64,000 nt of DNA from Paramoeba atlantica (GCA_977017575.1 CDRNVI010000045.1:186001-250000); one strand, 5' to 3'; counted from the stretch's first letter, positions 32,762 to 47,259 are shown. Notes: generated by a model from the sequence alone, not told the origin. A program made the numbers and translations.

Positions 32762-32860
32762 TGTTGAAGTAAGTTGAAGTTGAAGTAAGTTGAAGTTGAA
32801 GTAAGTTGAAGTTGAAGTTGAAGTTGAAGTAAGTTGAAGTTGAAGTAAGTTGAAGTTGAA
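32762..32860 (+). repeat. (GAAGTAAGTT/GAAGTT)n microsatellite tail
   Basis: Directly visible, between a CRE stop codon and the next SL copy. Confidence 0.9.
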
Positions 32861-32865
32861 AAAAC

Positions 32866-32905
32866 ATATCTTTAACGATAAAGATACAGTTTCTGTACCT
32901 TGTTG
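32866..32905 (+). other. Spliced-leader exon-like copy with extended 5' sequence
   Basis: ATATCTTTAACGATAAAGATACAGTTTCTGTACCTTGTTG. Confidence 0.9.
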
Positions 32906-35676
32906 AATTATTTTCTTTTCTTTATCTCACTCTTATGTCCCATGGTTGTCTTAACTCGATCTAAGGCTAAGCAGGTCTCGAACTTCGAACGCGAGGTGAA
33001 CGCACACACACTCGGCTGCTCGGATCAATTCGACGCAAACAAAGACCTCGTTAAAGGCACGAGTACGTACAATGAAGACCTATACACTACACCCCTCCCA
33101 CCTAATCCTTCAGCTGAATCTTTACGGCGAGCCGACGCGATGGTACTCAGCATCGCGAACTCTAGGGAAGGTGAGACCCCAGATACAGGGCGCCAGAAGA
33201 CAAACACGGAAGAGGAACTTTTCTCCAGTGTCCGTCCGACTGAGGACTTCAAATTCCAATTTGCGGGGGCAGAATCTTCTTCACTCAGCCTATCAAAAAC
33301 CAAAAATAAGGCTGTGAAGGGGAAGTGCGAACGCCATATCCGGAGGTCACACGACAACGAATACGATTATGAAAAAAGGATATTGCTCTTCCCCGATCTC
33401 ACTCCTGAAGACCTCACCGTCTCTGTGAACGGATGCGGAAAAGGACGGAAAAAGAAGAAGCGCCCCAAGGGTATCGCTCTATCTCAGCTGAGCAATGAGT
33501 CCGGGGCCGACAGCGAAGACCGTGACAACACAGAGCCCAGTACGAATTCACCCGGACCACGCACTCCTGCACTCGAATGTGTTAACAGTCCGGCTGAAGA
33601 ATTGCTTCACAAGGAACAGAACCCGCACTCATCCATGGGTAAACGTAAGCGCCCCCAGCAGGTGTCGAAACCTGGGTCATGCGACTCCATGAAAGACGAG
33701 AAACTTACGCAAACCCCAAAGACGACACGTGGAAATACACTTATCGACAATGAAAAGACACGGGAATGTCCTTTCAAGGGATGTACATGGAAAGCAGTGT
33801 CTCACGGGGGCCAATGGCAAGCTTTTTATAACCACGTGGCCCACAGACATAGGGACGAGGTTCCTGATACCTAGTGGAACGAGGAGGGGCGTTTCCGATG
33901 CACCGATTGTAACAAACATTACCACTTAAGCCAGCAGGGGTTTCATGCCGAAAATTGCCCTTTCCGCCGCTCTTCTCCCTCATCCTTCGCCGCACCTCCC
34001 CAGGTAGTGTGCAACTCGGGAAGCCACAATAAAACGCAAACCGTCGACGGACCCCTGCCGCCCCTGGCATCCATATGCTCTTTGCCGATCAACACATCTA
34101 AAGATATTCCCAATAGATGTCGGCAGGAGTGGGCGAAAGTCTTCTGCGAGTGTCTCTCTTCCGCCGTACGAGAAAATACCATCGAAGCCTGGACTCTTCT
34201 TGCCATGCTACCGAAGTGCGTGTTACCGGCACCTCATCGTGGGGGGAACAGAGCAAAATTGTCGTATGCCTCACATGTTCGGAAATGTCTCGCCCGGTGG
34301 ACGCGGAACGAATTTCTATCTCTTTGGAACGAAGCAAAATCGAGCCTCCAAAGTAAAAAACGCACAGCACAAGCACAGAGCCCCGAAGACGAAGAGAAAA
34401 AAGCAGCCCTACGAGCTGAGAGACTTGTCCGCGATCGCGAACTTTCCCGGGCCATGACCGCACTAACTTCTGCGCCACTGGCCCCGGATGACGATGACAC
34501 ATACGCCAAGCTCCAAGCGAAGCATCCGGCCCGATTAGCCGCATCGTCCACAACACTCAATTCCACACCGGAAGTAGACGTAAAACCTCTCAAAGGTTTT
34601 AAACGGAGGAAGAAGTAGCGGCGGCTCTTAAAACCTTTCACCGGGGATCATCAGGTGGTGCCTTTGGCCTGCGTCCTGAGCACTTGCAAGCATCTCTTGA
34701 GTACCACAATGACGCTTATACGGACCCATTGGGCACTGACAAAATTCACGAACCACATGCTTGCGGGACACATGCCACTCGAAGTCCAGTGCTATTTTGC
34801 CGGAGGCCGCCTATGCGCCTTGAAGAAAGGGGACCGCGACGGGCGCCCAATAGCCGCAGGAGAGACGCTTCGCCGCCTGGTGAGCAAAGTCGCTTGTTTC
34901 TCCGCCAAAACAAGAGCACGTAAACTTTTCAAAGGACACCAATACGGTGTAGCAACGCCAGCCGGATCTGAGCGTGTTATTCATCTCTGCAGACAGACCT
35001 TTGCCTAGCACGTCGACGACGCCGACTTCGTTTTATGCAAAATAGATCTTAAAAACGCATTTAACCGCGTCTCACGCGACTGGATCACCGCCTTGACCCG
35101 CGAACATTTTCCCGCCCTTAGCTACTACGTAGATTGGTGCTACTCTTCAGAGAGTTCACTTCCTTTCGGCACACGCACCATTTCGCCATCTGAAGGAGTT
35201 CAACAAGGCAACCCCTTAGGTCCTCTACTCTTCTCCCTGGTCTTACGAGAAGTCGCGGCTGAAATTCACACGGTAGCTCCCAAGCTGGATTTAAATCTTT
35301 GGTACCTGGACGACGGCGTTCCGGCTGGCTCATCGTGTGATGTGCGACATGCTTTCGATGTATTAGAAATGAAGGGCCCGCAATGGGGTTTACACCTCAA
35401 CGCAGCGAAATGTCAATTAGCCGCTCATCCCTCATCCTCTCATCGTTCTTCTGTTTTCCCCGACCTCCCCGATCAGAATAAGAATATGGGGGGTAATTTC
35501 GATATTTTAGGTAGTCCATTGGGGTCTGCTGAATTCTGCCACAAATTCCTCCTTGACAACGCCCTCGAAATAGCAAAAGAATCGCTCTTAGCCATTACTC
35601 AAATCGAGGACCATCAGGTAGCTCTTTGTCTCATCCGGCACTGCACCGGGTTTTGCCAAATGGTTTACGCACTCCG

Positions 35677-38600
35677 TTCGCGTTAGCGTTGGAACCTTAA
35701 ATGTAACTACTCTGAAGCTGAAGGGTGAGGATGAGTTTAGTGTACGAAAGTGTGGGCACCTTTATGAAGTAATTAATTTTATGGATACGAAGGGAATACA
35801 TATCTTAGGCTTACAGGAAACGCGGTACAGATTTTCTCCTTCCGAAAAGTTGGATGTACTCTACCGCAAAGTGCGCTACCGGAAAACGGATTATCACTTA
35901 AACCTCGTTACAGCACGGGCAAGGGATGCATACAATGGTATGGGTTTCGTCAGCACTCTTCCTTTGACTAAGGTTTCTAAGATCAGTGAAAGGATAATGT
36001 CTGGGGAATTTGAGATGGAGGATGGAGTCGGTACAGTTGTCAACGTTTATTCTCCTACAAGGGACGCGTCAGACGTCGAGATAAAAAAGTTTTATGGTGA
36101 ATTAGAGCGTTGTTGTCTGGTAGTGCGAGAAAACAATTCACGTCGTCCTCTCATAGTCATAGGAGACTTCAACGCACCGCTAACGCACATAACTAATAAG
36201 GAACAGGATCCACTTGCAGCCGCACGACTCAAAGGTCTATCATGTTCCATAGATTGCAAATCTGCACATAGCCTTTGCCCAAGCAGCCGGAAGTGGACGT
36301 GTGAATTACCGAACAAAGCTCTGAGGCAATTAGATCACATTTTCATTTGTAGCAGATTCGCATCGGCAATTCAAAGACACAAAGTGATTAAAGCACCTAT
36401 TCCTACGACTCATTGTTGTGTCATTGCGAGTATCAGGATAAAGTGGCGAGCTACTGCCCATAAATCGAATAATAATCAGCTTTCGTGGTTTCTTCTTCGA
36501 AACAGTGATATTAGAACGGAATTCGTCAAAAACGTTCACTGTCAGCGTTTAGCGAATGCTGAGTCAGGAGCGACATGGGGAGAACTTGCAAAATGTATGG
36601 TGAGTGCTGTGAAAACTTTTAAAAAACCTTCGAAACGAACCGCGAATAAGGAATCGGTAAAGGACTTTAAGATACACGACTTGCGCGGTTTATATCAAAA
36701 AAGCAGAAATAAAACCACATTCAATGCGCTATTAAAAGAGCATAAGGAAGAAATTGAAGAAACTATTTCAAACGAATGCGTCGAGATTGAAAATCAACTT
36801 CGTAAAAATCATGCGAATCCGTGGAGAACTATTCGACAAATTTGTGGGCGGTATAGAGACACATTTAACACAAGCGGGGGCTCACGAAACAAGAAGCTAC
36901 AAGAAATTCGAAATCACTTCATGCGGTTCAGTGGTTATGACTCGGGAAATACGGATATTAGCTTCGAGATGCTTCCGCCACCGCTCGTTCCAATTTCAGA
37001 CGAACCATTTTCGGGCGAGGAATTGGTCACTTCTTTGTCTCATTTCAAGAAAGGAAAAACTCCAGGAAGTGACGGGATACCAATGGAAGCCATACAGGCA
37101 ATATCAGGGCACCCAGATCTCAGATTACAACTCCTAGAAATCATAAAACAAGTCCATGCAACGGGGGTTACTGAGGAAGCTTGGCGAATCACGCTACAGA
37201 TTTTCCCATTCCAAAAAAGGGAGATTTAACAAAGATCGAAAATTGGAGGCCCATATGCGTGGTAAACAGTATAGTGAAACTTATGAACCATATTATGATA
37301 CTTTCCCGCATTAGGCCTAGCATAGAAAAATCTCTTCGGGATAACCAATATGGTTTTCGACCCAACCGAGCTACTGTAGGCGCCCAGATCATCATGAACG
37401 AAGTCAAAACTAAAGCATTCAGAGGAGAAGGCCTTTCGGTAGCCTTCATAGATTTCGCGAAAGCTTTTCCCTCGGTTTCCTTCGCAGTGATAAAAGCTAG
37501 CTTAGATGCATTCCGTGTGGGACCTTGTCTATCCAGAACTATCATGTCAATATACAGTAATTTGAAAGGCACCGTTCGAACTCAGCTTGGCACTACCAAA
37601 CCTTTCCCTATTGCAACGGGCATACTTCAAGGCGACGTCTTAGCGCCTTATCTTTTTGTAATGGTATTGGATCGTATTTTGAACAAAGCACTAGACGACA
37701 ATTCCGACGGTGTTCTTTTAAGTTCGAGAGGTACTAGGAAAAGGGGTCTTTATGAAAAACGCCTCACTGATATTGACTATGCAGACGATATAGCATTGTT
37801 TAGCGACACAAAAAGCGGATTAAGCAATATGATAGACAATGTAGCCACAGAAGCCAGCAAAGCAAATCTACAGTTAGCCGTTGGTGTAACGAAGACAGCC
37901 TGGCTAACGTTCGGAAAATCAACAAAGAACAGTGACAACATTCAAAGCAATGTTGTCGGGAGCATTCCGAAAGTTCAAACATAAAAACACTTAGGGCATC
38001 ACCGGGAAAACGACTTTACATCAACAATGAAGGAACGTTTAAAGTTAGCTTGGGGTTCTCTTTTTCGTTTGAACGGGATTTGGTCGTCGCCTTTGAGTGC
38101 AGGGACAAAGCTCAGACTATACGATTCCCTTGTTTATCCGGTGTTAAATTTCGGAACGGGGGCCCTCTCAATATCGCAAACAATGCTCCGACGAATTGAC
38201 GTTGAGGTAAATAATATGAGGAGAATTGCATGTCAATGCGACAAATTGGATGAATTTGGGATGTGTTACCCGAATGCATCTTTATATCTTGGCACGGAGA
38301 AATTTTCAACAATTCACAGGGTACAAAGAGAAAAGCTTGCTGGACACATGCTTCGTCACTCATCTGATTTCCAAGAGCTCGTCAAGTGGAAACAGCGGAC
38401 TAACGCACGACAACCTTCCCCAAGCGAGGCTTGCTTGAAGGATTTGGGCATCACCCTTGAACAAGCCTTGGTGTATGCAACTGACCGCGAACATTGGTAT
38501 CAACTAACCGGAAAGTTGCGAAGAGAGCTCGAGCCTATTATTCAATATGAAAAGTGCGGGTCCGTTAGATGGAAAAATGCCCTGGCAAGGGCGAAAAAAC

Positions 38601-40278
38601 ACAAAAGTCCTTCCGAGTTACAATTCGTTGAGGAGTCAGACATCCCTTTTCCAGCATATAAAACTGTGCAAATTTATACAGACGGTTCAGTATTGCCGAT
38701 GCGGGGCACGGATGAAATTCGAAGCGGTATCGGAGTTGTAGTATTAAAACCTAGATTAAAACCTCTACGAATATCTGTGACTCTGGAATCTGAAACAATT
38801 GAGCGAGTCGAAGTAATGGCCTTTCAGCAGGCCTTGCTTCAGCTACCGGAAAAACCTTGCGCATGTCTTTTTCATACAGATTCGTACTATCTTTGGGAAT
38901 TTTTTCACATTCTTCGTCATCAGAGGCGCATTGTTGGATACAAGGGGATCACAAACGGAGATTTATTTTATGAACTTGACAGAAAACTCCGTGAACCAAA
39001 ACATGAATCATTTTCAATTTTTATATGCAAGGTAAAGAGTCATTGTGGGAACAAATGGAATGAGGAGGCGGATGGGTTGGCACTCATGGCAGCACGAAAA
39101 ATATCTCGACCTCCTGTACAGAAAAGGAGAAAGACAACTGAAGACACCGAGGAGTCTCAGACAGACAAATCTTTGCAAAAACTGATTAAAAACAGAGCCT
39201 TAGAAAAGGGAAAGGCGAAAACTTTGCCAGCACCCAAGCGCGGGGCTGAGGCAAAAGGGAGACCCCGAGGGAAAGTAGCGAGAACTGGTGGCAAGAGGAA
39301 GCCCTCTGAGTAGGTGTGATAAGACGGAAGTGTTCTCCGCTGGTAGGCCTGGGGTACCCTGAGGAATATTTGTAAGATTAACGAAAAGTAATGCGTGTTT
39401 TCAGGAGTAGTACACATACAGGGGGGTAAATTAGATGCTGCGGGGGGTCTAAAAATTGCAAAACCTTTCCAATTTTGGAAAATGATAGCGCATTCGAGAG
39501 CTCTCGCAGAGTTCTATGTTTTAGAAAAGGCAGTTTCCCGGGGTATAGGGGGATGTTCAACTGACAAGAAGCCCAAAAACGTCAAAATGCAAAAATTGTG
39601 AGAAGTGTTTTAGATGACTAACAATTACAACTTTCTCCTTTTTTTTCTACTACCATGTCGAAACGCCGCGGCATGCTGTTTAAAGTGTTAATGAGCATTT
39701 CATGACCATCTGTTTTAATGTAATCAACCGCTCTTTCAATAGAAAACAAACGTTCAGTCCTATTTTCTGGATTTGTACCTTTTTTAATAAAGGCATCCAT
39801 AATTTCCCAATTGTTTTCAATGGGGTTAAGATCTGGGGATTTTGGGGGAAAGTCCAAAACAACGAGATCTATCGGAGAGAGATCCTTTGTTCTGCATAGA
39901 ACGGGATCGCTTTCGCAGCATAAAACTGAGACGAAATGGAGAAAAAACGAAAAAATGAGCAAATTTGGGAAAAACTGCAAATTTTAGAGGGGAAAAAAAA
40001 CTTTAAAAGAAATGCCATAAACACAAATGCCATAAACACAAATGCTTTCTTTTGGGGGTGAAAATAGCGCAAAAACATAGAACTCTGCGAGAGCTCTCGA
40101 ATGCGCTATCATTTTCCAAAATTAGAAGGGTTTTGCAATTTTTTGACCCCCCGCAGGATCTGATTTACCCCCCTGTATATAAACTCTGAATTTGGAGGTG
40201 GAAGAGTATAAGTTTGAGGGAACAATGTTATGTATTCTAACCGACTTACGTCGGTCTATTGGATTGGATTGGATTGGA
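35677..40278 (+). mobile_element. APE-RT-RNase H LINE (RTE/RTE-X-like), 5'-truncated, frameshifted
   Basis: GTLNV, GLQETR, GDFNA and LDHIF (APE); NWRPI, GILQGD and DYADD (RT); YTDGS, HTDS and KVKSHCG.KWNEEAD (RNase H). (GGATT)n tail; 12-bp TSD TTACGCACTCCG at 35665-35676 and 40279-40290. Confidence 0.9.
39419..40175 (-). mobile_element. Internally deleted Tc1-like element with ~110-bp TIRs and TA duplication
   Basis: TA|CAGGGGGGTAAAT...ATTTACCCCCCTG|TA; transposase remnant FPPKSPDLNPIENNW on the minus strand. Confidence 0.9.
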
Positions 40279-41909
40279 TTACGCACTCCGAACCACACCT
40301 ACATCGGAGCTACGGGATCTATGTCAGCGCCTAGACGACACTGTTCAGACCACCATAGAAACTTTTTTCCTTCCACTGAGTGATACGGCGCGGCGACAAA
40401 CGCAACGAGACAAACGGTTTAGTGGGTTGGGGCTTCGTTCGGCGGAAGAGCATGCCACATCAGCATATGTGGCTTCAGTCGCCTTCGCATCAGAAAGAGA
40501 CGGTTGGGACCCCACTGAAGCAAAAGGTTTTGAAGGGGCTGTGCGGGATGTTAACAGACGCGTTGGACAGAGCATAGTGGACAGCGAAACCGGTAGAATA
40601 CCCAAAAGTTGGGTCTCATCAGAACGTCCCTCATTTCGCACGATTGGAACTGACGAGTCGGTTGACGACCTAGTAGTGCCCCGACAGCGAGACCTCAGTC
40701 ACGCCATCTCTTCACATGAGTTTAGGAATGCGCTTGCACACACTGACCCACGGACCAGGGCCAGGTGGATCTCTGAAACTGGGGAAGACGCTTCGGAATG
40801 GGCATTTGTGCTGCTGTCAAAGAAAGATGGCTTCGCATACACGCCCACGGAGTTCCGGACGCTGGTGCGTTGGTGGCTCGGGGAAAATATATACCCAGGT
40901 CCCCGACCCTGCCCCATGGAGAAATGTACGCAGCCTCTCGGTCCAGAAGGAGACCATACGCTGTCGTGCAAAAGTGGCCACGGCATCACCTCTCGCCACA
41001 ACGCGCTTGCTTCTCGATTTTCGGATGAATGTAAGAAAGCGGGGCTTGCGCCGAAGCGAGAGGTGAACCTAGGGAACAAGGGCCCGGGGGGAACCCTCAC
41101 TAGGCCCGGAGATGTCTTCTTTACGAACAGTGGTTTAGGTCATCCTCTCGTACTCGACTTCGCCGTCACCCATGTCCAGCAACAAAAGTATACGGACACA
41201 GTCCGTGACGCCAACTGGGTGACGGCGGGGTCGTTTGCGGAGCAGTACGCTACCACTAACAAGGTGAAGCAGCGTGAAGAGGCCGAGGTAGCGAAAATGA
41301 AATTTGCCGCGATGGTCGTGGAGTCCTACGGCTCATGGAGTCCCAGCGCCATGGCAGTCCTTCGGAAGGTAGCCGCAGATAGGGCGGCCTACGGAGGAAA
41401 CACCCTGCTAAAAGGAGAGGTATTGCATCACCTTCTCATCTCCTTGAACGTGACATTGATGCGGTCACAAGCTCGTATGCTCGTCCTGCGACTCCCTGCA
41501 GAGAGCCCCAATGCAGCTCTCTTGGGGTATGGCAAAGAGGATTAGCCGAAAATCGGGACCCCTCGGTTTCTCAGGCAGGCAGGGGGGGAGGTACCAAGTC
41601 CACTAACCGGCGTGCCGTTACGGGTCTTAGTTTTGGTCCGTGGGTGATTTGGTTAGGGATGGATTTCGGGGGGGATTGCTTGCTAGTTTTGAAATTATTA
41701 TTTCTGGATGGTAAGATCGATTGCTAGCTTTGAGCGAAAATAATAATAATAATAATATACAATTGCTAGTTTTGGGCTGATAATTTACGGGAGGAAATTT
41801 AGACGAGAACAAATACGAATTTGAAAAGACTTCAAAAAAAAGATACATACAAATATAATATAGTTCAGTATTTCTACCACCAAAAAAAAAAGCCTACCTG
41901 GAAACTTGT

Positions 41910-43770
41910 CTAGTGGCAGGGCGTGCTTTCATTGCCCTTACTCGCGAACACTTTCCCGCTCTCAGTCACTACGTAGATTGGTGTTACTCTTCGGACAGCC
42001 TACTTACTTTCGGAACACGCACCATTCCGTCTTCTGAAGGAGTGCAACAAGGCGACCCCTTAGGTCCTCTCCTTTTCTCCCTGGTCCTGAGAGAAGTAAC
42101 GGCGGAAATTCACGCGGTAGCCCCAATGCTCGATTTGAATCTGTGGTATCTGGACGACGGGGTGCTGGCTGGATCATCTGCTGATGTGCGGCACGCATTC
42201 GACGTGCTGGAAATCAAAGGACCACAACGGGGACTCCATATCAACGCCGCTAAATGTGAACTCGCCTTACACCCCTCATCATCCCCTCGCGCCTCCGTTT
42301 TCCCTGACATCCCTGGTCCGAATAAAAATTTAGAGGGTAATTTTAACATTTTAGGTAGCCCAGTCGGATCCACTGAATACTGTCATAAATTCCATTTGGA
42401 CAATGTCTTCGAACTGGCCCAAGATTCTCTAACCGCCATAACTTTGCTCGAGGATCCCAAGATCGCTCTCCCTCATCCGGCATTGCGCAGGCTTCTGCAA
42501 GATGGTCTACTCTCTCCGTACCACCCCGACATCTGCATTGCAAGATATTTGTCGACGCCTGGATGACGCTGTTCAGTCCACTGTCGAAAACTTTTTCCAC
42601 CCACTTGGCGATGACGCCCGGCGACAGACACAACGAGACAAGCGCTTCGGAGGGCTAGGGCTCCGTTCAGCAGAGGAACATTCCTCTTCTGCTTACGTGG
42701 CCTCCGTGGCATTCGCATCAAGGAAGGATGGCTGGGCCCCCACCGAAGCAAAAGGTTTCGAAGAAGCAGTGAGCGATGTCAACAATCGCGCTGGACTAAA
42801 TCTGGTAGACGGTGAAAATGGCACAATACCCAAGAGCATGGTTGTGTCAGATCGTTCCCTCTTTAGTACTATCGAAGCGAGCGAATCTAGCAATGAAGCG
42901 GTAGTTCCCAGACAACGGGATCTCAGTCACTCGATCTCTTCCCAGGAATACAACAGCGCGCTTAATACCGCTGACCCGCGGACGAGGGCCCGATGGATCT
43001 CTGAAACGGGGGAAGGGGGGTCGGAGTGGGCATTTGTTTTGCCTTCCAAGAAGAACGGTCACGCATATACCCCGACAGAGTTCCGAATGCTGGTACGCTG
43101 GTGGCTTGGGGAGAACACATACCCCGGCACCCGACCTTGCCCCATGGACAAATGCACGCAGCCGCTTGGTCCAGAGGGGGATCACGCGATGTCGTGCAAA
43201 AGCGGGCATGGTATCATTTCCCGACACAATGCTCTGGCAACACAGTTTGCGGCGGAGTGTTCCAAGGCCGGGCTCGCCCCCAAACGAGAGGTCAGCCTGG
43301 GAAACAAGGATCCGGGGGGCACCCTCACTAGGCCTGCAGATGTCTTTATAGACAGCCACCTCGGTCGGTCCCTTGTACTCGACTTCGCTGTCACCCATGT
43401 CCAGCAACAAAAGTATACGGACACAGTCCGTGACGCCAACTGGGTGACGGCGGGGTCGTTCGCGGAACAATATGCCACCGTGAACAAGAGCACGTAACGC
43501 GAAGAGGCGACTGCAGCACACTTTAAGTTCGGAGCCATGGTCGTAGAATCCTACGGCTCGTGGTGTCCCAGCGCAATGTCTGTTCTCCGAGAGGTCGCGG
43601 TAGCTAGGACGGCCAAATCGGGCAGTGACATAGCGAAGGGGGCGGCCTTACATCAGATTCTCACAGCTCTGAATGTAACACTGATGAGGTCGCAGGCCCG
43701 AATGTTAGTCTTGCGATTACCCGCAACGGGCCCCGACCTGGCTCTCCTGGGGTACGGGAAGGAAGAGTAG
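41910..43770 (+). pseudogene. 5'-truncated CRE copy (RT-RLE)
   Basis: QQGDPLG, WYLDDG and RLE motifs, with a frameshift and a premature TAA at 43495-43497. Confidence 0.9.
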
Positions 43771-44161
43771 CAAGCGGCCAAGAGGTGGAAAACCTCGTGG
43801 GCAAGGGTGGGGCGGTAAGTGGCGTGGTTGCTTTGTTTGGTTCCTGGTTCTGCAGGGAGGTTGTGGCCAGCTTCTGGCGGTCCTGCGGACAATAAGGTCC
43901 GGGGTAGTGAGAGAGGTGGCAGGTTGAGGTTTTGCTCGTTTCGGATTTGCTCGATTTGGGTTTGCTCGGTTTGGTTGGGCTTTACATACATTTGCTAGTT
44001 TTGGGCTCACCAATTGCTAGTTTTTTAAAAAAAATGCGGGAAAAATGGGCATGGATTGCTTGTTTTAATTTTTACTGTTTCTTGTTTGTAGTATATACTT
44101 AGGGGAGATTAAATTGCTAGTTTTGAGCTGAGAAAAAAAAAGGTACAAAAAAAAAGATTAG

Positions 44162-44191
44162 CGATAAAGATACAGTTTCTGTACCTTGTTG
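44162..44191 (+). other. Spliced-leader exon-like copy
   Basis: CGATAAAGATACAGTTTCTGTACCTTGTTG then AATTATTTT. Confidence 0.9.
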
Positions 44192-47100
44192 AATTATTTT
44201 CTTTTTCTTTGTCTACTCTCTTTTTGATGGTAATGAACGAGACACACTCAGCCAACCATCCTGAGGATACACCTTTCGACCCTGGAATCATGGATTCTAA
44301 TCAGAATTTTGTCCACGAAGAAAAATCCCATGAATTGGGTAGTTGGGACCAGTTTAAGGGCAACGAACATCTTATCCGAAGCGCAAGCACCTATGACGAG
44401 AGTTTATACACTACTGCCATCCCGCAAAATATCCCGCACGATTGGATGCGCCGTGCGCACGCTTTAGAAAAGGATATTGAAACGCCCGACATGGGTCACG
44501 TACATGACCGAACTGAAGAGGAGATCCATTGTAGTGTCCAGCGTGATATCGATAAGTCTAATAATGTTGATTTCGAAGGAGCCGATTCGATTTCACACAA
44601 CCAACTAAGCACATTTAGCAAGGCTGCGAAGATGACCGATGAGTGCTCTAATGTCAATTCTGACGGAACCGATTCGACTTCACTCAGCCAATTAAGCACA
44701 TCTAGCAAGGCTGTGAAGACCACTGATGAGGGTCCTAATGTCAACTTCGAGGGAACTGATGCGACTTCACCCAGCCAATTGAGAAAATCTAATAAAGCTG
44801 TGAAGGCGAGATTTTTACGACACCTTCGAAACTCAGAACACTCTAAGAACTGTTACGAATCCGAAAGCAGTACGGCCACGTTCCCAGACCTCACTCCGAC
44901 GGACCTCGTTTCTCATTTCTCCGTTTCTAGCAGTCCAAAGAGGCGCAAGAACAAGAAGTGCTCTAAAAGAAGTACCACCTCACAGACATCTTTCAACCAA
45001 TCAGGCTCCGAAAGCACGGTAGCGACAGAGTCTCCGTTGAACCGGCACCATCACAAGACAGCTGCGTCACATCGGAAGTAAAGCTTAAGCGGAACCGAGC
45101 CACTTTCGAATCCGAGCCTGTTAAATCACCCAACCTCACGCGGACGACAAAAACATCATATAACGCTAGAAAGTGCCCAGTGGAATCATGTTTGTGGCAA
45201 ACCGGTCCTCATGGAAATCAATGGCAGGCGTATTATAATCACATCTCAAACAGGCACGGGGCGGAAGTATCGGACACGTGGTGGGCAGAGGAAGGCAGAT
45301 TTCGATGTGCATACTGCAAAAAACATTCCCACTTAGGCAAAAAGGAGTCCCATACGCGACATTGCAAATTTCGCACACACGCATCCGATAACCCTCAGGA
45401 TCCTTCCCGTGAGTTGAACGACTCCTCCAACCCTACGACAAACGCCGCTGTGATGCCTGAACGCCCCCCCGGTACGAACCCTAATGATCAGCCCGATCAG
45501 GTGGAGGATGTTGACAACTTGCTGCCGACCTTATCTTCTGTGTGCGCACTGCCGGTGATTACGAGCAAGGATATCCCTTATTGCTGCAGGGCTGAATGGG
45601 CACGAGTACTCACTTCCTGCTTGATGACAGCCACGCTAGATAACACACTCGAGGCGTGGACTCTCCTTGCGATGCTTCCGAAATGTGTCCTTCCGGCCCC
45701 CCGCCGTGGAGGCAGTAAGAAAAAAACCTCTTATGCGTCCTACGTCCGAAAATGTCTTTCCAGATGGAACCAAAAGGAGTACATACCCCTCTGGAGTGAA
45801 GCAATCGCCAGTCTACAGCGCAAACGCAAATCCCCGGCGCAAGCAACCAGCGTAGAAGAAAATGACGACAAGGCAGCTCTACGAGCGGCTAGGCTTGCCC
45901 GAGATGGAGAGCTATCGCGTGCCATGACAGCACTGACCTCGGTGTCACTCGCTCCCCATGACGATGCCACCTACAATAAACTCATAAACAAGCACCCTCC
46001 ACGACTCTCTGGCGAAGACCCAGGCGAACAACTTCCTTCATCGTCCGTAACCCCTCTCAAGATCACACAGGAAAATATAACCGAGGCACTCTCAAGTTTC
46101 CACAGAGGATCCTCCGGAGGGGCGTTCGGCCTTCGGCCAGAACATGTGCAGATAGCCATGGCATATCACAACGATGAGCGCATAGATCCATTGGGAAAGC
46201 TCACCAAGTTCGTTAACCATCTTCTTTCCGGAGGCGCGCTGGACGAGGTCCAGCCGCGCTTCGCAGGCGGACGCTTATGTGCACATCATAAGGGAGCACA
46301 CGATGTTCGGCCCATCGCCGCAGGAGAAACCCTCCGGCGCTTCGCAAGCAAGGTTGCGTGTTTTTCTGTCAAACCAAAGGCCTGTCGGCTCTTCAGGGGA
46401 CACCAGTACGGGGTTGCAATACCCGCTGGAGCCGAGAGGGTAATACATTTATGCAGATTGACCATGGAGGAACACGTTGATGACGAGGACTTCGTCTTAT
46501 GTAAAGTTGATCTCCGAAATGCGTTCAACCACGTATCACGCAACAGCTTTATTTCGCTCACCCGTCAATATTTTCCTGAGCTTAGTCCCTATGTCGAATG
46601 GTGAAAGCTTTGAATTCGCAGTACGGGACGTCAATAGGCGCGCGGGCTATAACTTCGTTTCAAATACCGGGAGAATTCCAAAGCTCTCGTCTTCCCCACC
46701 TGAACAGTTGAACCCAGAGACAGCAAACTCCGACGATATCATGCACAAATGCCGGGCTTACAACGAAGCGCGAAGTAAGCCTGCATAACACGGGCCCTGG
46801 CGGCGGTCTGACGCGACCGGCGGACGTATTAATCTCAAGTTTTCGAGCGGGTCAGGGCCTTGTAATGGATTTCGCTGTCACACACGTAATATAACACACA
46901 AATATACGGATCTAGTCCGTGATGCTAGCGTGGTAACAGCTGGATCCTTTGCGGAAAGATACGCAACGGAACACAAGCAGAAACAACGAGAAGAAGCCGC
47001 CGCAGCCAAACTCCGATTTGCGGCCATGGCCGTAGAATCATACGGCTCATGATGCCCCAGCGCTATGGCGGTGATCCGTGACGTGACAATTGAGCACTCA

Positions 47101-47259
47101 ATGCACTCCGGTAACCTATCCAAAAAAGAAGCCTTACACCGACTTCTTGCTGGCTTGAACGTCACTTTAATGCGGTCGCAGGCACGTATGATGGTGCTAC
47201 GATCCCTACCGACACCTGACCCATCCCTGATAGGCTATGGCAATATGGAAGTGGTGTAG
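44192..47259 (+). pseudogene. CRE copy with internal deletion of the RT C-half
   Basis: ORFs 44209 and 45180 (Zn finger, RPIAAGE, KVDLRNAFN), then fragments of the RLE to 47259. Confidence 0.85.

Larger units (their letters stand above)
32906..41545 (+). mobile_element. CRE-clade retrotransposon interrupted by a LINE
   Basis: CPFKGC..H..H finger, LLAMLPKC, RPIAAGE, QQGNPLG and WYLDDG up to VYALR (35676); resumes YALRTTP at 40279 through the RLE (TRPGD, LDFAVTH, AMVVESYG). Confidence 0.9.

Noticed and set aside
33872-47052. Stop-codon reassignment (in-frame TAG, TGA, TAA in CRE ORFs)
   Set aside because: Each stop is one substitution away from the residue expected from paralogous copies (W, E, Q), and long ORFs end on normal stops; this fits decay.
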